The notes: generated by a model from the sequence alone, not told the origin. Shown: positions 17,415 through 26,428, numbered from the stretch's first letter. The stretch is 27,705 nt of DNA from Candidatus Poseidoniaceae archaeon (GCA_049594755.1 JBMYJV010000001.1:1-27705); one strand, 5' to 3'. Numbers and translations: made by a program.

Positions 17415-18845
17415 ATGAAGACACGCAATTGCAAAGTTTTGGTTATTGGGGCAGGTCCTGGTGGGTATGTTGCCGCTATTCGTGCTGGTCAACTCGGCAT
17501 GGATACCGTCATTGTTGAAGGCCAGCGAGCAGGAGGAACCTGTCTGATTCGTGGATGCATTCCTTCGAAAGCTCTCATTCATGCAGCGCATTCGTTCCAC
17601 AAACTCGCAGACCATGCCAAAGAAGGAGGCCATATGGGCATCAGCATCCCAGGGCCTGCTGAACTCAAGATGGCAGATACGGTGGCTTGGAAAGATGGCA
17701 TCGTCGATCGACTCAACAAGGGTGTTGAAGCTCTTCTCAAGAATGCGGGTGTTGAACTCATCAATGGATGGGCGGAATTCCAAGATGCAAAGACCGTCAA
17801 GATTGGTAAAGGCAAGGACGCACTCCTCATTCAAGCAGAGAACGTTATACTTGCGAACGGTTCGATTCCGATCGAACTTCCATTCATGAAATACGGTGAA
17901 CATGTCATCTCTTCCAAAGAAGCACTCTCGCTCCAAGAACTACCAAAGCGAATCGCTGTCGTTGGAGGCGGCTACATCGGCCTCGAACTTGGCATCACCT
18001 TCCGTATGCTCGGAAGTGAAGTCACGGTTGTCGAAGCCATGGATTCGGTCCTACCAATCTTCGACAAGGAACTTCGACGTCCGCTTGAAATCGCCATTAA
18101 AAAACAGAAGATTGCAGTCCATACCAAGGTCTTCGCCAAAGGCATTGAAGAAAACAAGGATGGAAGTGTTGATCTCCTCTACACGCCAAAAGACGCAGAT
18201 GAAGGTACGGAACCGAAACGACTCACCGTCGACAAAGTTCTCGTCACTGTTGGACGTAGACCAATGAGTGCTGCACTTGCACCAACAGGCGTTGCTCTCG
18301 ATGAGCGAGGATTTGTCAAAGTCAACAACAAGTGTGAAACAAACATGAAGGGCGTTTATGCTATTGGTGATGTTTGCGATTTGGGCGAAATGCTTGCACA
18401 CGTTGCATCCTTCCAAGGTGAAATGGTTGCTGAGATTCTTGCAGGTCATAACCGAGCGTATGAGCCAGCAGCGGTTCCTGCCATCGTTTTCACAGAACCT
18501 GAAGTTGTCTCCGTTGGTCTTTCACCGGATGAAGCCAAGGCTGCTGGGCATCCTGTCATTACCGGCAAATTCCCACTTGCTGCAAACGGTCGTGCATTGA
18601 CACAAGAGGCTGAGAAGACTGCAGGATTCATTCGTGTCACAGCCCGAGAAGACGATCATCGAATTCTCGGAATCCAAGGTGTTGGAACCCACATCAGTGA
18701 ACTTGTTGGAGAATGGACACTTGCAATCGAAATGGGTGCACTTCTCGAAGATATTGCACACACCATCCACGCTCACCCAACCATGACGGAGATGACGCAT
18801 GAGGGTGTTCTCGCAACCCTTGGGCATGCGATTCATTCGATGTAA
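17415..18845 (+). CDS. lpdV: Dihydrolipoamide dehydrogenase E3
   Basis: GAGPGG FAD motif, redox disulfide GGTCLIRGCIPSK, GGGYIG NAD motif, HAHPT catalytic motif. RBS GAGGTG upstream. Confidence 0.92.
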   Translation: MKTRNCKVLVIGAGPGGYVAAIRAGQLGMDTVIVEGQRAGGTCLIRGCIPSKALIHAAHSFHKLADHAKEGGHMGISIPGPAELKMADTVAWKDGIVDRLNKGVEALLKNAGVELINGWAEFQDAKTVKIGKGKDALLIQAENVILANGSIPIELPFMKYGEHVISSKEALSLQELPKRIAVVGGGYIGLELGITFRMLGSEVTVVEAMDSVLPIFDKELRRPLEIAIKKQKIAVHTKVFAKGIEENKDGSVDLLYTPKDADEGTEPKRLTVDKVLVTVGRRPMSAALAPTGVALDERGFVKVNNKCETNMKGVYAIGDVCDLGEMLAHVASFQGEMVAEILAGHNRAYEPAAVPAIVFTEPEVVSVGLSPDEAKAAGHPVITGKFPLAANGRALTQEAEKTAGFIRVTAREDDHRILGIQGVGTHISELVGEWTLAIEMGALLEDIAHTIHAHPTMTEMTHEGVLATLGHAIHSM

Positions 18846-18910
18846 TCGATTTTCACTGAAACGGTCACCGTAGGAGAAACTGTCAAATTGAATTCTCCTG
18901 ATGCAAGCCT

Positions 18911-19618
18911 ATGGAGGAGCCATTCTGGGAGTTTGGAAACCTTTCTCCAAACCCAGAAGAAGTTCAACAGCCCGTTCAACAGACGCTACCAGAACCCACG
19001 GATTATCTTCACACCTACGAAGCATCTGCGCAAAACAAAGGAATTCAGACCGCAAAAGTAGGCCCTCTAGCACTCGTTCTTATCGGATTAGGACTCTTTG
19101 TGTTCAACATCTCAGCAGGTGGCTTGTTCGTGGAGGGACAACCACAAGGCTGCTTAGGCATGCTCGGTAGCTTCTGTCTTTTTGCCCCAGGTATCGCTGC
19201 AATTCGTGAACTGCTCGCTGTTCATTCATCTCACAGAGTTCAAGTCGTCGTCAGTAAGGATTCCATACGAGCAGATGCAGTTATCAGCGTCATCAACCGA
19301 ATTTGGAACGTTCGTGAATATCCGCTCTCTCAGGCGCGTGAAGTTGAGCACGGATACTACATACAGACAACTGAATCAGGAGCAAAAATTCGACGAGATG
19401 AATTCCTCATCAAGGGATTTACTCCTTCCTCGAAACAGTGGGAACTTGACTTCACAGAAGCTGTCGAAGATCTTCCCGAAGAAGAAGGGCTTCGAGTATC
19501 ACAAGAACTTGCGACCGCTATTGGCGTTCCCTTCAACAATCTTGGTCAAAAAAAGCGTGTCATGTGGTATGATGAACATCAAGCGGCAGAGCAGGGTGTC
19601 GAGTCGGAGAACAGGTGA
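18911..19618 (+). CDS. Hypothetical 2-TM membrane protein (paralog 1 of PFW...TTESG pair)
   Basis: 235-aa ORF with two hydrophobic segments followed by a beta-rich soluble domain. Aligns with the next ORF. Confidence 0.75.
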   Translation: MEEPFWEFGNLSPNPEEVQQPVQQTLPEPTDYLHTYEASAQNKGIQTAKVGPLALVLIGLGLFVFNISAGGLFVEGQPQGCLGMLGSFCLFAPGIAAIRELLAVHSSHRVQVVVSKDSIRADAVISVINRIWNVREYPLSQAREVEHGYYIQTTESGAKIRRDEFLIKGFTPSSKQWELDFTEAVEDLPEEEGLRVSQELATAIGVPFNNLGQKKRVMWYDEHQAAEQGVESENR

Positions 19619-19623
19619 TTGCA

Positions 19624-20235
19624 ATGGACAAGCCGTTCTGGAATACCGACATCAAGGATCCTCTTCCCGAGGTGCCCGTACCTCAGCCAGAGGTCAAACT
19701 ACCACAGGAATACTTCGTAAAAAATGGAAGTTCCATTGGCTCCATGTTCGTAGGCAGTTTGTTCATAGGAGCGTTCCTTGCTGGATTCTTGTTGTTTACT
19801 TCACTGTGTTCTTACGCAGCATTGTCGCTCTTTCAGCAAGGCAATTCGGATTGGTTTGTTTGGACATTTGTGACCATGATTCTCCTACCACTCGATGTGA
19901 TTTCCGTTTATGCTCTGCTCTATCTTTATTCAAGTCATGAGTTTCAAATCAATGTCCAATCAAATGCCATCGAATACCGAGCCAAACTCAAACTTGTCAG
20001 ACTACAATGGAGAAAGAAAGTTCGCAAAATTACGGATGCAAAGTACCTCTCCAAAGAAACCAGAACCACAGAAAGTGGTATTCGAAATTCGTTCTACTAC
20101 CTTCATGGTAGAGACGCATCAGGCAAGGCGTGGAAGTACTATCTAAACCACTTCATGACGCATGATGATGACGAAAAGGACCAGATTGCGCAAACAATCG
20201 CAGAACGACTGTGTGTGACTTTACACGGCGGTTGA
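19624..20235 (+). CDS. Hypothetical 2-TM membrane protein (paralog 2 of PFW...TTESG pair)
   Basis: ATG 19624 follows GGTGA (19614-19618). MDKPFW parallels MEEPFW of the upstream gene, and SSH.xQ and TTESG are shared. Confidence 0.75.
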   Translation: MDKPFWNTDIKDPLPEVPVPQPEVKLPQEYFVKNGSSIGSMFVGSLFIGAFLAGFLLFTSLCSYAALSLFQQGNSDWFVWTFVTMILLPLDVISVYALLYLYSSHEFQINVQSNAIEYRAKLKLVRLQWRKKVRKITDAKYLSKETRTTESGIRNSFYYLHGRDASGKAWKYYLNHFMTHDDDEKDQIAQTIAERLCVTLHGG

Positions 20236-20240
20236 TCTAC

Positions 20241-21098
20241 TCAGGCTAAGTTGGTCTCGGTCGACTCGTAGATGAGCTTGTTGCTCGCACGGTCGAGAAC
20301 CTTGACCTGAACGGTGCATGCAGTGGAGCAGATGTCCTCAGATCCTTCACTGATTGTGATGTCCTCACCAAATGCCCACTTGCCGTCATCGTTGCTGTCT
20401 GTGACTGCACAGCCGGTGTCGACTGCTTGTCCAGGGTTGGTGCATTCTGTGAATGCGCCACCGTTCGACATTTGTACGATAACGGTAGCCCAGGAGAGGT
20501 CATCTCCTTGGTCCAAGGAGACGTAAACTAGGTCTTCTCCAGATGCGGTTGTTGGTGTGCCTGTTGCGTCGTCAACGCTGAATCGATAGTCGGTAAAATC
20601 GTCTCTGTAGATTGTAAGTTGAGCGAAATTGACATCTGAAAGGGATTCGCAATCGTCGGATAGGTGGACAAGTTGGGTGGAAAGTCCTCCAGACACAGTC
20701 GCAACGCCTGCAATAGTTGTTAGGAAGAACCCTCCATTGTTTAGTGCAATTTCTGACAGTGGGATCGAAAGGTTAGTTGTTCCTCTTGTGATATTGCTGA
20801 ATACATCGACATTACCATCTAAATTAATGTCATAACCAAATGCGAGATTTGCTACATTAGGTGTGTAAATCGCATGGTAAACTGACACATTGATTCCAAT
20901 GATGGTTTCCATCATGGAACCATTTGCGAGAGTCGTAGATTGAACGTGGACTTCTGCATTCTCACAATCATTGATGATCTCGAGTGTAATTACCTGAGTA
21001 GGAGATTGTGTTGATCCACTCGATTCAGATTCTCCAATACAACCAGATAATCCTACAAGGAGGAGTAAGATCGTTACGAGAAGCACTCTTTTGCTCAT
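20241..21098 (-). CDS. Putative archaeal lipoprotein with Cys-containing C-terminal surface module
   Basis: MSKRVLLVTILLLLVGLSGC lipobox-like signal, Ser-rich linker, YDINLDGNVD motif, C-terminal 113-aa module with four Cys. Confidence 0.75.
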   Translation of the reverse strand: MSKRVLLVTILLLLVGLSGCIGESESSGSTQSPTQVITLEIINDCENAEVHVQSTTLANGSMMETIIGINVSVYHAIYTPNVANLAFGYDINLDGNVDVFSNITRGTTNLSIPLSEIALNNGGFFLTTIAGVATVSGGLSTQLVHLSDDCESLSDVNFAQLTIYRDDFTDYRFSVDDATGTPTTASGEDLVYVSLDQGDDLSWATVIVQMSNGGAFTECTNPGQAVDTGCAVTDSNDDGKWAFGEDITISEGSEDICSTACTVQVKVLDRASNKLIYESTETNLA

Positions 21099-21145
21099 AA
21101 CCGACCCTATATCAGGCGATTATTTGATGGTTCCCGAGAAAGAAC

Positions 21146-23530
21146 TCAAGCACCACAGCTGAGACAATCGTCAGGACTGTCGAGGCTGCAAGCGATTTCT
21201 TCCATGCTGGTCAATTCAGCACGCTCAGCGAGACCGTTGACCGTTGGGTCGTTCTTTGCCTTGCTTTCAACGGTGAATTGGATGGCATCTGCAGCAGCCT
21301 TGGTACGTAGGTAGTACATGCCTGTCTTGAGACCGGACTTCCATCCATAGAAGTGCATCGAACTAACCTTCGCTGCGTTGGCATCGATCATGTGGATGTT
21401 CATCGATTGGCTTTGGTCGATGTAGGCACCACGGTCTGCAGCCATGTCGAGAACATGCTTCTGCTTGATTTCCCAAGTGGTCTTGTACAAGTCCTTGATG
21501 TTGTCAGGAATGCCTGCAATGGCTTGGATGGAACCCTTGTGACGTAGAATCTCATCCTTCAATTCCATACTCCAAAGTCCTGCAGCGATGAGATCGTTGA
21601 CAAGGTGCTTGTTCAGAACGATGAACTCTCCAGAGAGGGTTCGGCGAACGTAGAGGTTCGATGTGAATGCTTCGAAGCACTCGTTGTTTCCGAGAATCTG
21701 TGATGTTGAGGCGGTTGGCATTGGAGCGACAAGGAGCGAATTGCGCATTCCCTTCTCCATGATTTCTGCCTTGAGCGAATCCCAGTCCCATCGACCGGAG
21801 TGCTCATTCATACCCCAAAGGTCGAACTGGAGGAGTCCTTGGGAAGCAGGTGAACCTTCGAAGCTCGAGTATGCTCCATCAACGATAGCAGCATCCTTGG
21901 ATGCAGTGCAGGCTGCGAAGTAAATCGTTTCGAAAATCTCCTTGTTGAGCGCACGTGCTTCAGGGCTGTCAAAGGCCATACCGAGCATGGCGAAGGTGTC
22001 AGCAAGTCCTTGAACACCGAGACCGATTGGACGGTGACGCATGTTGGAGTTGCGGGCTTCTTCAACTGGGTAGTAATTCACATCGATGACTCGGTTGAGG
22101 TTTCCTGTTGCATGATAGGTGACATCGAAAAGGAGATCGTGATTGAACGAACCGTTCTCGACGTACTTTGGTAGAGCGATGGATGCGAGGTTGCAGACAG
22201 CGACTTCGTCAGCGGAGGTGTACTCCATGATTTCTGTGCAAAGGTTGGAAGAACGAATGGTTCCCAAGTTTTTCTGGTTGGACTTGAGGTTCGCAGCATC
22301 CTTGTAGAGCATGTACGGTGTACCTGTTTCGATTTGTGCTTCAACAATCTTGTCCCAAACTTCTCGAGCAGGGACGGTCTTGCGAGCCAAGCCTTGTGCT
22401 TCGTAGGAGTGATACAGTTCCTTGAACTCGTCACCGTAGGCGTCTTGCAATCCAGGGCACTCGTTTGGACAGAAGAAGGACCAGTCAGCGTTGTCTTGGA
22501 CACGTTCCATGAACAAGTCAGGCGTCCACAATGCATAGAACAAATCACGAGCACGCATTTCTTCCTTACCATGGTTCTTTCGCAGGTCAAGGAATTCAAT
22601 CAAATCAGGGTGCCATGGTTCAAGATAGATAGCGATGGAACCCTTTCGCTTGCCGCCACCTTGATCGACGTATCGAGCTGTGTCGTTGAACACACGAAGC
22701 ATAGGGACGATACCGTTGGAAGTTCCGTTGGTTCCCTTGATGTAGGAACCCTTGGCACGAATGTGGTGGATGGAGAGCCCGATTCCACCTGCAGACTTGG
22801 AGATCAATGCACACTGCTTGAGTGTGTCATAGATGCCGTGCAGAGAATCGTCTTGCATGGTCAAAAGGAAGCACGATGACATCTGAGGCATTGGTGTTCC
22901 GGAGTTGAAGAGTGTCGGCGTAGCGTGGGTGAAGTAACCGTTTGACATGAGGTCGTACGTCCTTAGCGCCTTTTCGATGTCACCATGGTGGATACCAACT
23001 GCAACACGCATCAGCATGTGTTGTGGTCGTTCTGCAACTTCTCCGTCAAGACGGAGGAGGTACGAACGCTCAAGTGTCTTGAATCCGAAGTAATCGTAGT
23101 TGAAGTCACGAGTGTAATCGATGTGATTGTTCAGTGTTTCTGCATTGGCCATGATGATGTCATAGACTTCCTCAGAAATCAGTGGTGCGTGCTTCTTTGA
23201 TTCAGGGTCAATGTATTCTCGAAGGTCGGTAATGACATCGGTAAACACGTCCTTGGTCGAACGGTGCAAATCATCAACGCAGATTCGAGCTGCAAGCTTG
23301 CTGTAATCAGGGTGCTGGGAAACCAATGAGGCAGCGGTTTCTGCAGCGAGTTGATCCAGTTCGCGAGTTGTGACACCATCGTAGAGTCCTTCGATGGTCA
23401 ATTTGGTGAGATTTGCAGGGTCGATCCAGTTTGGATCGAGTCCTTCAGCCAAACGTCGTAGTTTGTCCAAAATTGCATCGAACCGTACATCTTCTCTCTC
23501 GCCTTTTCTGTTTACAACTTGCATAGTCAT
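21146..23530 (-). CDS. nrdA: Class Ia ribonucleotide reductase alpha subunit with ATP cone
   Basis: ATP cone [26 protein letters not shown] (N-C-E), [16 protein letters not shown] tyrosine pair, C-terminal CLSC. RBS GGAGATGAGG. Confidence 0.97.
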   Translation of the reverse strand: MTMQVVNRKGEREDVRFDAILDKLRRLAEGLDPNWIDPANLTKLTIEGLYDGVTTRELDQLAAETAASLVSQHPDYSKLAARICVDDLHRSTKDVFTDVITDLREYIDPESKKHAPLISEEVYDIIMANAETLNNHIDYTRDFNYDYFGFKTLERSYLLRLDGEVAERPQHMLMRVAVGIHHGDIEKALRTYDLMSNGYFTHATPTLFNSGTPMPQMSSCFLLTMQDDSLHGIYDTLKQCALISKSAGGIGLSIHHIRAKGSYIKGTNGTSNGIVPMLRVFNDTARYVDQGGGKRKGSIAIYLEPWHPDLIEFLDLRKNHGKEEMRARDLFYALWTPDLFMERVQDNADWSFFCPNECPGLQDAYGDEFKELYHSYEAQGLARKTVPAREVWDKIVEAQIETGTPYMLYKDAANLKSNQKNLGTIRSSNLCTEIMEYTSADEVAVCNLASIALPKYVENGSFNHDLLFDVTYHATGNLNRVIDVNYYPVEEARNSNMRHRPIGLGVQGLADTFAMLGMAFDSPEARALNKEIFETIYFAACTASKDAAIVDGAYSSFEGSPASQGLLQFDLWGMNEHSGRWDWDSLKAEIMEKGMRNSLLVAPMPTASTSQILGNNECFEAFTSNLYVRRTLSGEFIVLNKHLVNDLIAAGLWSMELKDEILRHKGSIQAIAGIPDNIKDLYKTTWEIKQKHVLDMAADRGAYIDQSQSMNIHMIDANAAKVSSMHFYGWKSGLKTGMYYLRTKAAADAIQFTVESKAKNDPTVNGLAERAELTSMEEIACSLDSPDDCLSCGA

Positions 23531-23588
23531 TTTGCCTCATCTCCTGCTTGTTTCGGTGCGTGCGTATCTCCCTTTGTTCGCGGTCGGT

Positions 23589-24626
23589 TCAAAAGTCTTC
23601 GTCCATGGAAAACCGCTGTTGGACACTTCCGAGGGAAGCACCGTCCATGACACCAGACTTTTGGTATTCGCCAACTCGCTTTTCGAAGAAGTTGGTCTTG
23701 CCTTGCATAGAAATCATCTCCATCCACGGGAATGGGTTGGCAACATCGTACAACTTTGAAGCCCCTAGAGAAACCAACAATCGGTCAGCAACGAATTGGA
23801 TGTACTGCTTCATCAAATCCTCGTTCATTCCGATGAGGTTAACTGGAAGTGCGCTGGTAACAAACTCAATTTCGATCTCGACTGCTTCAGCAACAATTCG
23901 GTGAATGATGTTCTCAGGTGTTGGACGCTCAAGCTTGCTGTGCAACAAGCAAGCAAAGTCGCAGTGGAGTCCTTCATCACGGCTGATCAATTCGTTGGAG
24001 AAGGTCAGACCGGGCATGAGGCCACGCTTCTTGAGCCAGAAGATTGCACAAAACGAACCTGAGAAGAAAATACCTTCAACCGCTGCAAAAGCAACCAAAC
24101 GTTCTGCAAAAGAACCTCGCTTACGGGACAGCCATCGAAGAGCCCAGTCACCCTTGCGCTTAACAGAAGGTACTGTTTCAAGCGCCTTGAACAAGTGATT
24201 CTTTTCGTTGGAGTCCTTGATGTATGTATCAATTAAGAGCGAGTATGTTTCCGCGTGGATGTTCTCCATCATGATTTGGAATCCATAGAACGCTCGAGCC
24301 TCTGCCCAGCAGACTTCGTTGGAGAAGTTAACAACAAGGTTCTCGTTGACAATGCCATCGCTTGCAGCAAAGAAGGCAAGGACGTGCTTGAGGAAATGCT
24401 GCTCGTCTTTGTTGAGCTGTTCCCAGTCTTTCATGTCCTCTGCAAGATCGATTTCTTCTGCAGTCCAAAAGGATGCAGCGTGTTGCTTGTACATTCCCCA
24501 AATATCGTCATGTTCAATCGGGAACAAAACAAAACGATCCAAATTTTCTTGGAGCATTGGTTCTATGTGTTCTCGCGATAGGTCTATCTCAATTCCGTCA
24601 TCATTTCGATTGTGCTCGATTACCAT
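23589..24626 (-). CDS. nrdB: Class Ia ribonucleotide reductase beta subunit
   Basis: [21 protein letters not shown] (radical Tyr), [26 protein letters not shown], terminal FSMDEDF. ATG 24626 lies 4 nt downstream of GGTGA. Confidence 0.96.
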   Translation of the reverse strand: MVIEHNRNDDGIEIDLSREHIEPMLQENLDRFVLFPIEHDDIWGMYKQHAASFWTAEEIDLAEDMKDWEQLNKDEQHFLKHVLAFFAASDGIVNENLVVNFSNEVCWAEARAFYGFQIMMENIHAETYSLLIDTYIKDSNEKNHLFKALETVPSVKRKGDWALRWLSRKRGSFAERLVAFAAVEGIFFSGSFCAIFWLKKRGLMPGLTFSNELISRDEGLHCDFACLLHSKLERPTPENIIHRIVAEAVEIEIEFVTSALPVNLIGMNEDLMKQYIQFVADRLLVSLGASKLYDVANPFPWMEMISMQGKTNFFEKRVGEYQKSGVMDGASLGSVQQRFSMDEDF

Positions 24627-24674
24627 ATTGTCACCTTCCACCAATGCGCTGGAGTTTGTCCTCCATCCGAGATG

Positions 24675-24690
24675 GCACATAAATATGTGC
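24675..24690. promoter_or_regulatory. 16-bp dyad GCACATA-AA-TATGTGC upstream of nrdB, overlapping a TTATGTGC TATA-like element
   Basis: Perfect 7-bp arms with a 2-nt spacer, 49-64 nt upstream of the nrdB ATG. Confidence 0.45.
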
Positions 24691-24747
24691 ATGCCTGAAG
24701 CAGATAAAGGCGTGTTTTACGAGGGGTATGAAACGAGGGACTGCGCT

Positions 24748-24826
24748 AAGAAAACTGTTTTTTTGACCGATTTCTATAAGTACCGATTTTTTTGAAAAGT
24801 AAAGTGATATTTTTCAGCCGGATTTT
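24748..24826. other. AT-rich tract, candidate DNA unwinding element
   Basis: 24751-24820 has 20/70 G+C (29%), well below the flanking genes. It contains two T7 runs, one T5 run and ACCGATTT twice (24766, 24782). Confidence 0.5.
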
Positions 24827-24846
24827 ACCTCTGTTTCCACTGGAAC
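24827..24846 (-). promoter_or_regulatory. Origin recognition box (ORB)-like Orc1/Cdc6 site GTTCCAGTGGAAACAGAGGT
   Basis: Matches the archaeal ORB pattern TCCA-nnn-GAAAC plus a G-rich tail (cf. Aeropyrum ORB4 CTCCACAGGAAACGGAGGGGT, recalled). It is intergenic and adjacent to the AT-rich tract. Confidence 0.65.
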
Positions 24847-24888
24847 CAAAATCAAAGACTCCTTGAACCACCGTGAAGAGGCAAAACC

Positions 24889-25338
24889 ATGCGAACCGAG
24901 ATTCATGTCAAATTCGCAAAATTGAACGAAGAGGCACGCCTTCCAACACAAGGGAGTGCACAAGCTGCCGGCTGGGATTTGTATGCGCTTGAGGAAACGA
25001 CCGTTGTCAAAGGCGCATCCGTGATGATACCAACCGGTCTTGCATGTGCCATTCCAGAGGGATGGGAAGGGCAAATTCGATGCCGATCTTCTCTAGGAAA
25101 GAAAGGGATGATTCTTCCCAATGGAGTAGGCACCATCGATTCGGATTATCGTGGAGAACTCAAAGTGCTTGCAACATGGATTGGTGAAGGCGACTCCTTT
25201 ACAGTTGGAAAAGGTGAACGTGTTGCTCAAATGTTGTTTGCTCCGGTTCCTCTCGTCCACGTTGAAGAAGTAGCGCTCGATGAGTTGGAATCGACTGAAC
25301 GAGGCGAAGGTGGATTTGGCTCGTCTGGACAATATTGA
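24889..25338 (+). CDS. dut: Trimeric dUTPase
   Basis: Motifs AGWDL, RSSL, GTIDSDYRGE, ERVAQ, RGEGGFGSSG. Confidence 0.96.
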   Translation: MRTEIHVKFAKLNEEARLPTQGSAQAAGWDLYALEETTVVKGASVMIPTGLACAIPEGWEGQIRCRSSLGKKGMILPNGVGTIDSDYRGELKVLATWIGEGDSFTVGKGERVAQMLFAPVPLVHVEEVALDELESTERGEGGFGSSGQY

Positions 25339-25347
25339 GGAACGAGC

Positions 25348-25965
25348 ATGCCTTCCGTCGACATTCGTAACTTGGGCGTCGTGAAATACACAGATGCTCT
25401 CGAATTGATGTCCACATTGCAACAACAACGAATCAACAATGAAATCCCGGATACTATTCTCTTTCTCGAACATCCAGAAATCGTTACGGTTGGACCACGT
25501 GCGAGAAACGATGGAATCGCTCCTCCATCCGATTACAGGAGCCATCCTGTCGATCGAGGAGGTGGTCTTACATGGCACGGACCTGGCCAACTTGTTGTTT
25601 ATCCTATTATACATTGGAACAAGGAAGATGAGAAGTCCGTTGCAGATATCATTACAAAAATCGAATCCTGGGTCATTGCAGCTTTAGCAAAACTTGGTAT
25701 TGAAGGGTACAGGGATGAGAGGATGCAGGGCGTTTGGGTCGACGACAAAAAGATCTGTAGCATTGGCTTGTCCTTCCTGCGATGGGTGAGTCGCCACGGA
25801 TTTACAATCAACTACAACACGCCCGAAGGCCGAGTTGAGAACCTTGCAGGATGTGGATTGGACGAATCGACAACGACTTCGCTCATTGCACTTGGATATG
25901 CAACGTCCCGGGAGAACATTGAGGCGGCTTTACATCAGAGCATGTCGAACACATTGCAACGCTGA
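25348..25965 (+). CDS. lipB: Octanoyltransferase LipB
   Basis: LEHPEIVTVG, DRGGGLTWHGPGQLVVYPI, KKICSIG (catalytic Lys), HGFTIN, AGCG (catalytic Cys). Confidence 0.92.
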   Translation: MPSVDIRNLGVVKYTDALELMSTLQQQRINNEIPDTILFLEHPEIVTVGPRARNDGIAPPSDYRSHPVDRGGGLTWHGPGQLVVYPIIHWNKEDEKSVADIITKIESWVIAALAKLGIEGYRDERMQGVWVDDKKICSIGLSFLRWVSRHGFTINYNTPEGRVENLAGCGLDESTTTSLIALGYATSRENIEAALHQSMSNTLQR

Positions 25966-26028
25966 ATTCAGAGGTTGAACACTCTCCGAAGGGAAAAATT
26001 GCATATACTCATGAACGAAAGGTCAACC

Positions 26029-26370
26029 ATGCAACCCCCTGCTCAGCAAATGATTTTCCAGCAGCCTCAAGCAATGATCGCAAATTATCCACAAACCAAC
26101 GCAACCCTCGCACTCGTCCTTTCCATTATTGGAATCGTCCTTTCTTTCATCTACGGACTTGGAATCTTCTTTGCGATACCTGCCCTCATCCTAGCAAACA
26201 AATCACTCAACATCACCAACCAAATCCCAGGCCATCCTGACGCCGGAATGGCAAAAGCAGCCAAGATTTGTTCTTGGGTTGCTATTGGAATCTTTATCTT
26301 CACAATCCTCATGGTCGTTCTTTCGATTGTATTGTATGTCTGGGCATCATCGCTTGCTACTAGCCCGTAA
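26029..26370 (+). CDS. DUF4190-like small membrane protein
   Basis: Q/P-rich N-term, NATLALVLSIIG, GIFFAIPALILA.K, GMAKAAKI pattern. Start is uncertain (26011 or 26029); CATATAC about 25 nt upstream of 26029 favours the latter. Confidence 0.7.
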   Translation: MQPPAQQMIFQQPQAMIANYPQTNATLALVLSIIGIVLSFIYGLGIFFAIPALILANKSLNITNQIPGHPDAGMAKAAKICSWVAIGIFIFTILMVVLSIVLYVWASSLATSP

Positions 26371-26388
26371 GCAAGTACATTCTAGGCG

Positions 26389-26406
26389 TTCTTTGAGTTC
26401 TTTTTT
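26389..26406 (+). terminator. Putative archaeal oligo-T terminator
   Basis: TTCTTTGAGTTCTTTTTT 19 nt after the DUF4190-like stop. Confidence 0.4.
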
Positions 26407-26428
26407 CCGCTTGGGAAACAAACAAGTG

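Noticed and set aside
19182-19940. 252-aa alternative-frame ORF
   Set aside because: It overlaps two ORFs that validate each other by paralogy and has no recognisable motif.
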